A stretch of DNA of 64,000 bases from an uncultured Gemmatimonadales bacterium (GCA_963708135.1 OY970192.1:1280001-1344000); one strand, 5' to 3'. Counted from the stretch's first letter, positions 1 through 9,821 are shown. Made by a program: numbers and translations. Notes: a model not told the origin generated them from the sequence alone.

Positions 1-512
1 CCCGCGCCGAGCACGCCCACGTGCGGCCGCTCGCCGCCGATATCAAGCACCTCGTACGAGGCGACGTCGAACGCGCCCGTTCCCGCCTCGATCGTACCGC
101 TCACCCGCACCCGCGCGGCCGTGAGCCGGCGCAGCTCCTCCCGGAGCGACCCCTCGAGCACGAGCGGCCGCCCAGTGCCGGTCTCGAGCGTCACCAGGTC
201 CGTGCCGGCCGTGCGCGAGGAGCGCACCACGCCCGTTGTTTCCGCCGTCGCCTCGACGGCACCGGCCGCCCCGGCGCTGCGCGCGCTCGCCCCCACCGTT
301 CCGGCGGCCGGGCCGGGGGCTCTGGCCCGCGCCGGCACGCCCGGGCTCGGCGCGGGCGAGGTCGCGAGGCCGGGAGCGGGGGCGGCGCCGGTCTCGGCCG
401 GCATTGCCGCGGCGCCCGGCTCGCCCTCCGCCGGTGGCGCCTGCGCCGGCCGACTGCCTCGGCAGCCGCCGCAGGCGAGGAGCGCGAGCAGGGGCGGGAG
501 GAGGCGTCGCAT
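1..512 (-). CDS. Hypothetical lipoprotein, 3' end outside the window
   Basis: Manual translation from ATG at 512: MRRLLPPLLALLACGGC..., an Ala/Pro-rich linker, then a globular part (LVLEGSLREELRRLTAARVRVSG). Open to the window edge; starts 1 nt after the stop of the upstream gene. Confidence 0.6.
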   Translation of the reverse strand, partial: MRRLLPPLLALLACGGCRGSRPAQAPPAEGEPGAAAMPAETGAAPAPGLATSPAPSPGVPARARAPGPAAGTVGASARSAGAAGAVEATAETTGVVRSSRTAGTDLVTLETGTGRPLVLEGSLREELRRLTAARVRVSGTIEAGTGAFDVASYEVLDIGGERPHVGVLGA

Positions 513-513
513 G

Positions 514-2820
514 CTACGGCAGGTGCACGACCCAGAGCTGGATGCCGCCGGGCGCCGTCCCGCCGGACTGGCTCCGCACCCGCAGCGCCGTGGCCGGCCG
601 GGAGGTGCCGCTCACGCGGAAGTACGCGGAGGAGCCGCCGCGCACCGAGATCGAGTCCGTGAACGTGCCGAAGGTTCGCTGGTACGGCGTCAGCTGGGCG
701 GTTGTCACCAGGTTGTCGAAGATGTCGAACAGGTTCCAGCTGGTCATGAGGAGCCGCGCGTCCATGCCGGTGAAGCGGTCATCGACGTACAGCATGGCCG
801 CCCACTGCGGGAGCAGGTCCGGCACCGGCTGTTCGACGACCTGGCGGATGTCGGCGAAGCCGCTCGAGGTGGCGTCCACCAGGGCGCGCTGGAGCCCCTG
901 CTCGCCGCCGGCGTAGCCGGGTCCGAACTGGTCGGTCAGCCAGCGCAGGAAGGACCACGAGGTGCCGTAGACGGGCCGGTTGCCGGTGCACGGGCCGTTG
1001 TTGCCCTCGCTCTTCAGGCCGAGGAAGGTGCACTGCTCCGGCGCCCCCTGTACCCGGCTCGTCCGGCTCTCGAAGCCGTAGTAGTCCGCCAGGTCGATGA
1101 ACCGGTCCACGTACCAGTCGTTCGGCCCCTCGGACGGGTCGTTGAACGCGACCGCGTACCCGAGGTTCTGCCCGGAGGCGTGCCCCAGCACCGCGTCGCC
1201 GACCACCTCCTCCGCGAACGTGGCCTGTCCCTCCGCCTCCCACGTGCTCATGAACGAATTGGCGTTTGGATTGTTGATCCGCCGGCTGTACTGGATGTCG
1301 TGGGAGAACTCGTGGGCGATGACCACGGGGGCGTCCTTCGTCGCGACGTCCACGGTGTACTTCGGCCCGAACACGCCGCCCGTGTCCGGCACGATGCCGT
1401 AGAAGACCTCGCCCTCGTTGCTGCTCGGGCACGTGCTCGGCGCCACCAGGTCCGCGCTCGTGACGAAGCCCAGCAGTCCACCCGCCTTGTTGACCTCCTT
1501 CGACAGCACGATCACCACCCGGCCGTTGTTGTCCAGGTCCGACGGCTGCCCGAACCAGGCCACGTCGGTCGGATAGATCGTCTGGTCGAACATGTCGCTG
1601 AACGACTGGATCTGCGCCAGCGTGTAGCCGCCCGTCGGGTTCGCGGCGTCCTCCAGCCAGATGCCGCGCTGCCCGATCACGCGCACCACCGTCTCGATCG
1701 GCGTGTAGTCCGTGCACACGTTCGCGCCCGTGGCGGCGTCGGGCACCCGCACGTCCACGGTGTCCCCGACCTGCACCGTGCTCGGGACCGGCGCCGCCGA
1801 CGCCGGCCCGACGGGGCCCGAGCGGAGCGCCTGCCGGATCTCCGCGAGCCGGGGACCGAAGTACGAGCGCTCGAACGACCGCAGCGAGCTCTCCGCCGCC
1901 CGCCTCCGCTGCCAGCGCTCCGCGGCTGCCGCGGCGAGCTCCGGCACCCGTGCGACGTCCGGGCTTCCCGCCGCCGGCGCCGGCAGCGGCGCCGACGTGA
2001 CCACGGCCCCCGTCGTGGCGCCGGCGAACACCAGCGGCGTCAGGCTCGAGGGCGACTCGACCACCGACTGCACCCCGATGAGGTAGGTCGAGGCTGCGGA
2101 GCTCGCCGGGAACTGGAGGCACAGGTCCGAGGGAGAGCGCACCACCGTCTCCTGCCCGACCGCCACCGAGAGGTAGCTCGCGGGGCGCAGCGGCCAGAGG
2201 ATCGCGTTGCTGGCCGTGCCGCTCACGCTTACCTGCACGCTGAACTGGCCCGCCGGCTGGCAGATCGTGGCGGGGACGTTGATCTGGATGGTGGTCGCCG
2301 TCACTCCGGTGATCGCCGCGGACACCCCGTTGATCGTGACCTTCGTCGCCCCCGACGCGGCCGAGAAGCCGGTGCCGGTGAGCGTCGCCGTGCTCCCGGC
2401 CACGAGCGTGTCCGGGGTGATCCCCGACAGCACCACGGACCCCGAAATCGGCGTGACCGTGACCGTGGCGTTGCCGCTCTGCCCCCCCGCCGTCGCCGTG
2501 ATCGTGGCCTGGCCCGACGCGCGCCCTGTAACCCGTCCCGTCGAGTCGACGGTGGCCACGGCGGTGCTCGAGCTCGACCAGCTCACCGCGCGCCCGGTCA
2601 GCACCTGCCCGTTCGCCCCGAGAGTCGTGGCCGCGAGCTGGACCGCGCCCCCGACCGGCACCGTGGCCGTCGAGGGCGAGACCGTCACCCGCGTCACGGG
2701 CGCGGGCCCCGTCGGCTCACCACCTCCCCCGCAAGCGGCCAGCTGCAGCGCGGCCGCGAGGGCCGCCCAGGCGAGCGGCGATAGGGGTCGCCGCGGTCTC
2801 CAGGCTCCGTGGTGTGGCAT
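514..2820 (-). CDS. Lipoprotein with Big_2 Ig-like and IPT/TIG domains plus a C-terminal HExxH zinc metallopeptidase (M30/hyicolysin-like)
   Basis: Lipobox LAAC-GGGG; Big_2-like segment VTVSPS...VSWSSSSTAVATVDSTGRVT; TIG-like ITPDTLVAGSTATLTGTGF; IAHEFSHDIQ followed by WEAEGQATFAE. Confidence 0.75.
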   Translation of the reverse strand: MPHHGAWRPRRPLSPLAWAALAAALQLAACGGGGEPTGPAPVTRVTVSPSTATVPVGGAVQLAATTLGANGQVLTGRAVSWSSSSTAVATVDSTGRVTGRASGQATITATAGGQSGNATVTVTPISGSVVLSGITPDTLVAGSTATLTGTGFSAASGATKVTINGVSAAITGVTATTIQINVPATICQPAGQFSVQVSVSGTASNAILWPLRPASYLSVAVGQETVVRSPSDLCLQFPASSAASTYLIGVQSVVESPSSLTPLVFAGATTGAVVTSAPLPAPAAGSPDVARVPELAAAAAERWQRRRAAESSLRSFERSYFGPRLAEIRQALRSGPVGPASAAPVPSTVQVGDTVDVRVPDAATGANVCTDYTPIETVVRVIGQRGIWLEDAANPTGGYTLAQIQSFSDMFDQTIYPTDVAWFGQPSDLDNNGRVVIVLSKEVNKAGGLLGFVTSADLVAPSTCPSSNEGEVFYGIVPDTGGVFGPKYTVDVATKDAPVVIAHEFSHDIQYSRRINNPNANSFMSTWEAEGQATFAEEVVGDAVLGHASGQNLGYAVAFNDPSEGPNDWYVDRFIDLADYYGFESRTSRVQGAPEQCTFLGLKSEGNNGPCTGNRPVYGTSWSFLRWLTDQFGPGYAGGEQGLQRALVDATSSGFADIRQVVEQPVPDLLPQWAAMLYVDDRFTGMDARLLMTSWNLFDIFDNLVTTAQLTPYQRTFGTFTDSISVRGGSSAYFRVSGTSRPATALRVRSQSGGTAPGGIQLWVVHLP

Positions 2821-3019
2821 GGGCTGGCTTTCTCCCGGTGGCGTGCGCGGCGCGCTCCGGCGCCGGAGCGCGGAGGCGGGCAAGGATCGGGCCGCCTACG
2901 GTCCATTTTCCAGCCGCCGACACTGGTGCGGCAGATCGCCGATCTCTACATTGCCCGTTCCCGTTCCGCAACCACGAACCGCCGACGGCCGTCCGAGAGC
3001 CTCCCCGGAAAGAGCAGCG

Positions 3020-5929
3020 ATGGCGCCACGGAACCCGATGCCGGCCGGACCCCGCGCGCTCGTTGCGCGAAGCCGTGCGCGGTGCCGGGCGTCCGGGCCC
3101 CTGGGGCTCGGCGTGGCGCTCCTTCCCCTGCTGCTCGCGCTCGGTCCGGCGCCGGCGCGCGCCCAGGCGACGGGCACGATCCTGGGCACCGTGGTGAGCG
3201 ACAGCAGCGGGGAACCGCTTGCCGGCGTCGAGGTGCAGGTGCCCGGCTTTCCGCTCCGCACTCTCACCGATGCCAACGGCAGGTTCGTGCTGGCGGGCGT
3301 GCCCGTGGGGGAGCGCACCGTGCACGTGCAGCGGCTCGGGTACGCCCCGGAGACCGCCGGCCCGGTGGTGGTGCGCGAGGACCGGTCGATCGAGTTGCGG
3401 ATCGCGCTGCGGACCTCGGCCATCCAGCTGCCGGGCGTGACGGCGCACGGGGAGCGTGTGCGCCTGATCGAGCCGGAGGTCAACACCACCCACCAGGTCG
3501 TCGGCGGGCGCGAGCTGCGCGCGCTCCCCGTGGACCGCATCGACCAGGTGATCGACCTCTCGACGGGCGTCTCGGAGGGACATTTCCGCGGCGGCCGGAT
3601 CGGCCAGGAGGCGGTCGTCGTCGATGGCGTGGAGGTCAAGGACGCCTTCGGCGCCTCTTCCGGCCTCGCGGGGCTGGAGCTGGCGCCCGGCTCGCTCGAG
3701 CAGGTCGAGGTCGTCACCGGCGGCTTCGGCGCTGAATACGGATCCGCGCTCTCGGGCGTCGTTCGCTACGCCACCCGCCGCGGCTCGACCGAGCGGTGGG
3801 AGGGACGCGCCGCCCTGAGCACGGACCGCTGGGCGCCGAAGGCGGCGGCGTTCGGCTTCACCCGGCTCTCCCTCTCCGGCGGCGGCCCGCTCACCCCGCT
3901 CGGGGATGGCACGACCATCTTCGCGGACCTCCTCGCCCAGGGCGCATGGGATGCGGACCCGCGCGCACGCGGCGCGACCTGCCTGGGCGCCGGCGACGCC
4001 GATGCCGCCCTCGCGCAGCGGATCAGCGCCCTCGCCTCGGATCCGACCGCCTCCGGCCTTTACTGCCCCTACACCTCCGCGGCGCTGCCGCACGACCGGG
4101 GGGACAAGGCCATTGCCTTCCTCCGCCTCGATCGGCCTCTCGCTGCCGGCCTCGCTCTCACGGCCAGCGTCCTCGGCAACCGCGTGCAGCAGGAGCTCTA
4201 CACGCCGGCCTTCAAGTACGACAACCTCGCGCAGCTCGGCGAGCGCACGCGCTCCGGGCTCGCCACCCTGTCCCTCGACTGGACGCGCCAGCGGGCCGGC
4301 TCCGCGCGCCACCTGAACGCCCGCGCCTCCGCCGAGGAGATCGGCCGCTACATCGGCGCGCTGGACCCGGCCACGTTCCAGGACGGCGGACGCATCGCCG
4401 GCTTCGGCCTCCACGATTTCCGCTTCTTCGGCGAGGACGCTGCGCGCGCCGGCGCCACCGGCGTGCTGCCGGGGTACACGAGCCCCGGCGGCGCGGTCGG
4501 CAGCCCGTTCGGGCCGGCGGGTGAGGGGCTCTTCTTCACGAGGGGCACGCCGCAGCTCGCGGACTGGAGCCGCCTCGGCTCGATCGGCGCCGATCTCAGT
4601 GCGGAGGCGCTGAGCGCCAGCGGGATGGCTCTGCGCGGCGGGCTCTCGGGCCGGCACTACCATGTCCGCAGCTACGAGCGCGTCGAGGCCGACGTGGCCG
4701 GCTCGCCCGCCCTCCAGCGCGACTTCAGCCCCGCCACGGCGTCCGGCTTCGTGGAGGCGCGCTGGCACACGGAGGACGGCGTGACTTTCGAGGCCGGCTT
4801 CCGCGTGGACGCCTTCAGCTCCGGCATCGACGTGCCGCCCGACTCGAACGGCATCTCGTTCGGCTCCGGCTGGAAGACGGTCGCCCTCCCGCGCATCGGC
4901 GCCTCCATGCCGCTCCCGGGCACGAAGCGCGAGACGGTGGTCCGGTTCAACTACGCCCGCGTCGCCCAGCCACCGGACTTCCGCTTCTTCCTCGACACCG
5001 CTCTCGGCGATTCGCTCCGGACCTCGATCCTGCGTCAGGGCAATCCCGCCCTCGGCTTCGAGAAGGGCAACGCCTTCGAGCTCGGCGCGAGTCAGCTCGT
5101 CGGCACGCACCTCGCTCTCGCCGTCACCGCGTTCAGGAAGGACCTCACCGATCTCGTGTCGGGCCGCCTGCGCCTGCCCGGCCAGGCCGCCCCGACCTTC
5201 ACCACCTCGGATTTCGGCCACGTACAGGGCTTCGAGCTCGAGATCCGCACCGACTGGCCGCTCCTCCAGCTCCGCGCCGGCTACTCGCTCCAGAAGGCCG
5301 TGGGCGTCTCCTCCACCGCGCTCAGCGATACGGCCGTCGATGCCGGCCAGACCCGCACCGAATACCCGCTCGCCTTCGACCGCCGCCACTCCATCGACCT
5401 CGTCGCGCTCGCCGGACGGGCCGCCGGCGCCGACCGAGCGTGGGGCGCGGCCCTAACGACCAGCGTCCAGAGCGGCTACCCGCTCGACCGCCTGCTCGCC
5501 GCCGGCGACGCGAAGAACACCACGTTCGCCAACAGCGTCTACCTCCCCTGGACCGCCGATGTCGGGCTCCGCCTCCAGCTCGATCTCGGATCCCTGCCAG
5601 GCTGCCGCCGCTGTCACTGGAGCCTCACGGCGGACGGGCGCAACCTCCTCGGCCTCGACAACATCCGCGCGCTGCGGAACGACTCCGGGCTCCTGGCGCC
5701 CCCGGACAGCGTCTTCCTCGCGGTCGAGAGCGGCGTGGCCGTGCCCGACCACGTGATCCCGTACGAGTCCAGCCGCTACAGCCGCCTCATCGATCTGAAC
5801 GGCGATGGCCTCATCACGCCCGACGAGTTCCGCCAGGCCAGGACGGCCGCCGTCCTCGACCGCCTCGATCCCTCCCTCTTCTACGGCGAGGCCAGGCAGC
5901 TCCGCGCCGGCGTGGAGCTGACGTTCTGA
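3020..5929 (+). CDS. TonB-dependent receptor with N-terminal carboxypeptidase-regulatory-like domain
   Basis: Signal peptide ending ARA-Q; GTILGTVVSDSSGEPLAGVEV...TDANGRF; plug motif VEVVTGGFGAEYGSALSGVV; GNPAL..EKG; C-terminal RQLRAGVELTF. The start could also be 3038. Confidence 0.85.
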   Translation: MAPRNPMPAGPRALVARSRARCRASGPLGLGVALLPLLLALGPAPARAQATGTILGTVVSDSSGEPLAGVEVQVPGFPLRTLTDANGRFVLAGVPVGERTVHVQRLGYAPETAGPVVVREDRSIELRIALRTSAIQLPGVTAHGERVRLIEPEVNTTHQVVGGRELRALPVDRIDQVIDLSTGVSEGHFRGGRIGQEAVVVDGVEVKDAFGASSGLAGLELAPGSLEQVEVVTGGFGAEYGSALSGVVRYATRRGSTERWEGRAALSTDRWAPKAAAFGFTRLSLSGGGPLTPLGDGTTIFADLLAQGAWDADPRARGATCLGAGDADAALAQRISALASDPTASGLYCPYTSAALPHDRGDKAIAFLRLDRPLAAGLALTASVLGNRVQQELYTPAFKYDNLAQLGERTRSGLATLSLDWTRQRAGSARHLNARASAEEIGRYIGALDPATFQDGGRIAGFGLHDFRFFGEDAARAGATGVLPGYTSPGGAVGSPFGPAGEGLFFTRGTPQLADWSRLGSIGADLSAEALSASGMALRGGLSGRHYHVRSYERVEADVAGSPALQRDFSPATASGFVEARWHTEDGVTFEAGFRVDAFSSGIDVPPDSNGISFGSGWKTVALPRIGASMPLPGTKRETVVRFNYARVAQPPDFRFFLDTALGDSLRTSILRQGNPALGFEKGNAFELGASQLVGTHLALAVTAFRKDLTDLVSGRLRLPGQAAPTFTTSDFGHVQGFELEIRTDWPLLQLRAGYSLQKAVGVSSTALSDTAVDAGQTRTEYPLAFDRRHSIDLVALAGRAAGADRAWGAALTTSVQSGYPLDRLLAAGDAKNTTFANSVYLPWTADVGLRLQLDLGSLPGCRRCHWSLTADGRNLLGLDNIRALRNDSGLLAPPDSVFLAVESGVAVPDHVIPYESSRYSRLIDLNGDGLITPDEFRQARTAAVLDRLDPSLFYGEARQLRAGVELTF

Positions 5930-7095
5930 TGCCCGCCCTCGCGAGATCCCGCGGCCCCGCGCGCGCCGCCCTCCTCGCCTCGCTCGCGCTCCTCGCCGGC
6001 TGCGCCGATGGACCCACGGCCTTCCGCGCCATCGATCGCGTGCCTTCGGATGCACAGCCACTGCGCCTGACCTACAGCCCCGGCGATGACCGCGCCCCCT
6101 TCTTCTCGGCGGGCGGAGACTCCATCGGCTACGCCGCCGAGGACCCCGATGCGCTGCCCCCGGGCGACGGCATCCTCGTCGCCGTGCCGGCCGGCGGGGG
6201 GCCGCAGCGCCCGCTTCTGCCGTCCACCACGCCGCCCGACGGGGCCCGGCGCTGGTTCACGGCGCCCGCCCTCGCGCCGGGCGGCGACCGCCTCGCCTAC
6301 GTCCAGATCCCGTCGGTTTTCGAGCTCTTCGCGGGCCTCGACTCGGTGACCTGCGACAATGGTACGGTGCTACCCGCCTACGTCCCGCTGCTCACCGCCA
6401 TCCGGCTGCGCGTGAGCGCGCTGCCGGACCAGTCCAGCGCGGCCCCGCTGGCGGACCTTGCCGTGGCGCTCGCCGGGGTCTCGATCGACCAGGCGACGAA
6501 CGAGTACGTGTTCCGCGACCTGCCGTTCCAGCATCTCTTCGGCACCGAGCGGCTCTACGCGTTCCGTCCGACGTGGGCCCCTGACGGGCAGCGCCTGGCC
6601 TTCAGTGATGGGCTGCGCGTCCGGGTGTGGGACCCGGACCAGGATTCCGCGCGCGCCGTTCCCGGCACGGAGGGTGGCGTCTCCGCCGCCTGGAGCCCCG
6701 ACGGGCAGTGGATCGCCTTCGGTCAGCTCGTGGCCGGGGATTCCACGGCGCTCGAGTGCCGCTACAGCCAGGGGCAGCTCTCGATCCAGGCGCGGCGGGT
6801 CGAATATCCGATCCTCGCGCGGACAATCGTCCTCATCCATCCGGACGGAACCGGCCGGCGCGAGCTCGGCCCCGGCGGCGAGCCCGCGTGGACGCCGGAC
6901 GGCTCGGCCCTCTACGTCCGGCGCGATGACGGCCTCTGGCGCGTGGGGCTGGACGGCGCCGAGAGCCCGCTGGCCGCCGCGGGCGACGCCTTCGAGCCCG
7001 CCGTCTCGCCGGATGGCGGGACGCTGGCCTTCACCCGCCGCCAGGGGACCTCCCTGAAGCGCGACCTGTGGGTTCTCGACCTCGCGCCGCGCTGA
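5929..7095 (+). CDS. TolB-like (PD40 repeat) beta-propeller lipoprotein
   Basis: Lipobox LAGC; repeats PTWAPDGQRLAFS, AAWSPDGQWIAF, PAWTPDG, PAVSPDGGTLAF. TGATG overlap with the receptor gene. Confidence 0.75.
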   Translation: MPALARSRGPARAALLASLALLAGCADGPTAFRAIDRVPSDAQPLRLTYSPGDDRAPFFSAGGDSIGYAAEDPDALPPGDGILVAVPAGGGPQRPLLPSTTPPDGARRWFTAPALAPGGDRLAYVQIPSVFELFAGLDSVTCDNGTVLPAYVPLLTAIRLRVSALPDQSSAAPLADLAVALAGVSIDQATNEYVFRDLPFQHLFGTERLYAFRPTWAPDGQRLAFSDGLRVRVWDPDQDSARAVPGTEGGVSAAWSPDGQWIAFGQLVAGDSTALECRYSQGQLSIQARRVEYPILARTIVLIHPDGTGRRELGPGGEPAWTPDGSALYVRRDDGLWRVGLDGAESPLAAAGDAFEPAVSPDGGTLAFTRRQGTSLKRDLWVLDLAPR

Positions 7096-7130
7096 GCAGC
7101 GCCGGCCCGGGAGCCTCCGGCGGGCGGAGT

Positions 7131-7146
7131 GGGCGCGCGCCTTGCA
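7131..7146 (+). promoter_or_regulatory. Possible sigma54 -24/-12 promoter
   Basis: GGGCGCGCGCCTTGCA has GG-N10-GC spacing with TTGCA, about 40-65 nt before the candidate start codons. The GC-rich background makes a chance match possible. Confidence 0.3.
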
Positions 7147-7186
7147 CGGCCTGATCCGCGTCGGCTCGATCATACGAGGAAGGGGA

Positions 7187-8884
7187 ATGCGGTACTGCGC
7201 AGCGGCACCGATGCCAACGGCCTCGAGGGCGACGCTCCTCGCCGCCGCCGTCCTGCTCACCGCCGGCGGCCTCGCGGCCCAGCGTCCCCGCGCCCCCGAT
7301 CCGCCGAAGCAGGCCCACCCGGCGGCCCGGCCCCGGCCGGACACGGGCGGTCTCCACCTCCTCGGCATCGCGACCGACTCGATCCCTCGCACGGCCGGCG
7401 ACTCGGCACGCCTCCGGCGCGCCCCTGCTCGCCCGGACTCGGTCGGGACGGGCCGGGATTCGGCCGCGACGGGCCGGGATTCGGCCGCGACGGGCCCGCA
7501 CTCGGCCGGGACCGGGACGGGCCGGGACTCGACCGGGACCGGCCCGGACTCGACCGGGACCGGGACGGTCCGGGACTCGACCGCGGCTGGCCGGGACCCA
7601 CCGGCTGGCGAACACGGCCTTCTCGGCGTACCCGTCGCCGCGCCGCCGCCTCCATCCGCCGCGGTGCTGGGCCGGCCGCTGGTGGACGAGGCCGGCGCCG
7701 CCGCGCCGCCGCGCCTGCTCGGCGTCCCCCTCGACCCGGCCGATTCGACGCCGCTGCCGCCTCCCGGCCGCGCCTTTCTCGCGGCGCAGCTCCAGGAGCC
7801 TCGCGTCCGCCGCGCGAGCCTCGATAGCGACGCCCAGCTCCGGGCCCGGTTCCGCAAGCTCGACATCCCGTTCCCGCCCGCCGCCCTTTTCCTGCGCGCC
7901 TTCAAGCGCGAGCACCGCCTCGAGGCCTGGGTCCAGCCGCGCCCCGGCGCGCCGTACCGGCTCCTCGAGACCTTCGCCATCTGCTCCATCTCCGGCGCAC
8001 TCGGCCCGAAGAGTGCCTCCGGCGATGATCAGACCCCCGAGGGCTTCTACTTCATCGACGGCTTCAATCCGCGCAGCGACTACTGGCTCGCGCTCGCCGT
8101 CGACTACCCGAACGCCGCCGACCGCATCCGCGCGCGCGGCGCCGATCCCGGCGGCGACATCTTCGTCCACGGCGGATGCCGCACCGCCGGCTGCCTGCCC
8201 CTCACCAACGCCGGCATCTCCCGCCTCTACTGGCTCGCGGTGCAGGCGCGCGCGGCCGGACAACGGCGCATCCCGCTCCACATCTTTCCGACCCGTCTGG
8301 ACAGCGTCGGCGTGGCCCGCCTCGACAGCGCCTTCGCCACCGATACGGCCCGCCTCGCCTTCTGGGCCTCGCTTCTGCCGGGCTATCGCTATTTCGAGCT
8401 GCGCCGCCACGTCCCCGACCTCTGGACCGACGCCGCCGGCCGCTATCACGTGGCTCAGCTCGATCCCCGCCCCGTCCGCGATGCCAGCGGGCTGCTCGGC
8501 GTGCCGGTCGGGGGCGCTCCGCCCCGCCCCGATTCGACCGGGCCCCCCCCGAAGCGCGACTCGACCGGCGTCCTCGGTATGCCCCTCGGCGCGCCGCCTC
8601 GGCCGGATACGGCCGGACCCCCGCCGAAGCGCGACTCGACCGGGGTGCTCGGCGTGCCCGCGGGCGCGCCGCCTCCGCCGGATACGGCGCGACCCCGGCC
8701 GAAGGTCGATTCGACCGGGGTCCGCCAAACGCCCTCGGGCGCGCCGCCGCGGCCGGACACGGCCGGAGCTGCACTCCCGCCGGATCGGCCTACAGGAACT
8801 GCATCAGCTCCAGGCGGCTCTGGTTCACCCACTGCCCCTGGATCTGCACGTAGTCGCCCACGCGCAGGCTCCGGAACCGGTTGA
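7187..8884 (+). CDS. Exported L,D-transpeptidase-family (YkuD; YafK/DpaA-like) protein with repetitive N- and C-terminal linkers
   Basis: LFLRAFKREHRLEAW, LGPK...GDDQTPEGFY, YPNAAD and catalytic GGDIFVHGGCRTAGC. Start is 7187 or 7211. The low-complexity tail overlaps the convergent gene by 95 nt. Confidence 0.8.
   Translation: MRYCAAAPMPTASRATLLAAAVLLTAGGLAAQRPRAPDPPKQAHPAARPRPDTGGLHLLGIATDSIPRTAGDSARLRRAPARPDSVGTGRDSAATGRDSAATGPHSAGTGTGRDSTGTGPDSTGTGTVRDSTAAGRDPPAGEHGLLGVPVAAPPPPSAAVLGRPLVDEAGAAAPPRLLGVPLDPADSTPLPPPGRAFLAAQLQEPRVRRASLDSDAQLRARFRKLDIPFPPAALFLRAFKREHRLEAWVQPRPGAPYRLLETFAICSISGALGPKSASGDDQTPEGFYFIDGFNPRSDYWLALAVDYPNAADRIRARGADPGGDIFVHGGCRTAGCLPLTNAGISRLYWLAVQARAAGQRRIPLHIFPTRLDSVGVARLDSAFATDTARLAFWASLLPGYRYFELRRHVPDLWTDAAGRYHVAQLDPRPVRDASGLLGVPVGGAPPRPDSTGPPPKRDSTGVLGMPLGAPPRPDTAGPPPKRDSTGVLGVPAGAPPPPDTARPRPKVDSTGVRQTPSGAPPRPDTAGAALPPDRPTGTASAPGGSGSPTAPGSARSRPRAGSGTG
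8489..8767 (+). repeat. Coding tandem repeat, about 75-nt / 25-aa unit, about 3.7 copies
   Basis: Unit of the GVLGMPLGAPPRPDTAGPPPKRDST type; DNA ccgaagcgcgactcgaccgg recurs. Confidence 0.8.
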
Positions 8885-9413
8885 CGTCACTCGTGCGCGG
8901 GTTGTACGGCAGCGTGACCTCCACCGTCGTGCCGTTCTGCTCACGCATCCAGAACGCACCGTTCTGCGCATCGATCCGCGTCACGCTCCCCTGCACGGTC
9001 TGCACGTTGGCGTTCCCGTACGTGCCGCCGGTCCCGTTCCGCTCCTGCACGGTCTGCTGGACCTCGACGTCGTTCGTGTAGTAGCCGTTCCCCGTGTTCT
9101 GCAGGTACAGCAGCACCTGGTCGCCCTGCTGGAGGGCAGTGACGGGGTAGGTCTGGTTCTGGTAGCGGACCTGCGTGTTGTTATCGTATCCGACCGCTGC
9201 CAGCTGCCCGTCCGACGTCCGGACGTAGATCGCCCGCGATCCCGTGTCCACGTGGTCGATCTCGGCCGAAAGCTGGTTCGTCGAGCCCGGGGCCGGTTGC
9301 CCCAGCACGCCGCCGAGCACGTTGCCGAGCCCGCCCGTTTGCGCGCATCCCGCAAGGGCGACGAGCGCCGCGGCGGCCATCCCTCTGGCCACGGCGCGGA
9401 TCCGGTTGTTCAT
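8790..9413 (-). CDS. Lipoprotein with two OB-fold-like (DUF5666-like) repeats
   Basis: Lipobox LAGC; two similar halves (IDHVD...LQQGDQV and VTRID...LRVGDYVQIQG); GGAGG RBS upstream of ATG 9413. Confidence 0.65.
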   Translation of the reverse strand: MNNRIRAVARGMAAAALVALAGCAQTGGLGNVLGGVLGQPAPGSTNQLSAEIDHVDTGSRAIYVRTSDGQLAAVGYDNNTQVRYQNQTYPVTALQQGDQVLLYLQNTGNGYYTNDVEVQQTVQERNGTGGTYGNANVQTVQGSVTRIDAQNGAFWMREQNGTTVEVTLPYNPRTSDVNRFRSLRVGDYVQIQGQWVNQSRLELMQFL

Positions 9414-9482
9414 GCTGCCCCCTCCGTGCCTGGGTATCGACTCAAGTGCCGTAATAGAAAGCACTTAGCACTGTTCAGGAGC

Positions 9483-9518
9483 AAAAGGAATGCCGCCCCG
9501 CCGAGCGGGACGGCATTT
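9483..9518 (-). terminator. Intrinsic terminator of the 12554-to-9543 operon
   Basis: Minus-strand hairpin AATGCCGTCCCGC-tcg-GCGGGGCGGCATT followed by CCTTTTG. Confidence 0.6.
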
Positions 9519-9542
9519 CGAGGGACCGACGTCGGGTGTGGG

Positions 9543-9818
9543 TCAGCCCGAGGCCAGGCGCCGGTGATCGCGAGCCCCCGCACGGACTCCGCCCGCCACC
9601 GCGAGCCCGAAGACGAGCGCGCTGCCGCCGCCCACGAACGGGAGCAGCCAGACGACGGGCGCGGCCAGCAGCGCCGCCACCACGCCGGCTATGACCGGCG
9701 CGCCGCGAGAGTGAACGCCGTCCACGTAACGCAGCCGCTCGCGAACGAAACGCCGTGCCTTGATGTAGCCGAAGATGCTCGCGGCGCCCGCCGCGGCGAT
9801 GACGATGATCTCTATCAT
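9543..9818 (-). CDS. Small membrane protein, 91 aa
   Basis: Hydrophobic segments; GGAGGT RBS; starts 3 nt after the stop of the upstream ligase-like gene. Confidence 0.65.
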   Translation of the reverse strand: MIEIIVIAAAGAASIFGYIKARRFVRERLRYVDGVHSRGAPVIAGVVAALLAAPVVWLLPFVGGGSALVFGLAVAGGVRAGARDHRRLASG

Positions 9819-9821
9819 GGT

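Noticed and set aside
121..2784. Long antisense or alternate-frame ORFs, for example 121-2784, 8013-11162, 13956-16796, 34726-37914 and 60268-63480
   Set aside because: Shadow ORFs typical of very high GC DNA: Arg/Pro/Ala-rich, no motifs, and overlapping well-supported genes.
7435..7590. Short repeats that could look like a CRISPR array
   Set aside because: They are in-frame coding repeats without unique spacers, and the window has no cas genes.
8790..8884. 95-nt convergent gene overlap as a special feature
   Set aside because: The overlapping tail is low-complexity and is most simply explained by stop-codon drift.
9543..9818. A Pup/UBact modifier next to the PafA-like gene
   Set aside because: The small protein is hydrophobic and ends in LASG, not an acidic disordered chain ending in GG[EQ].
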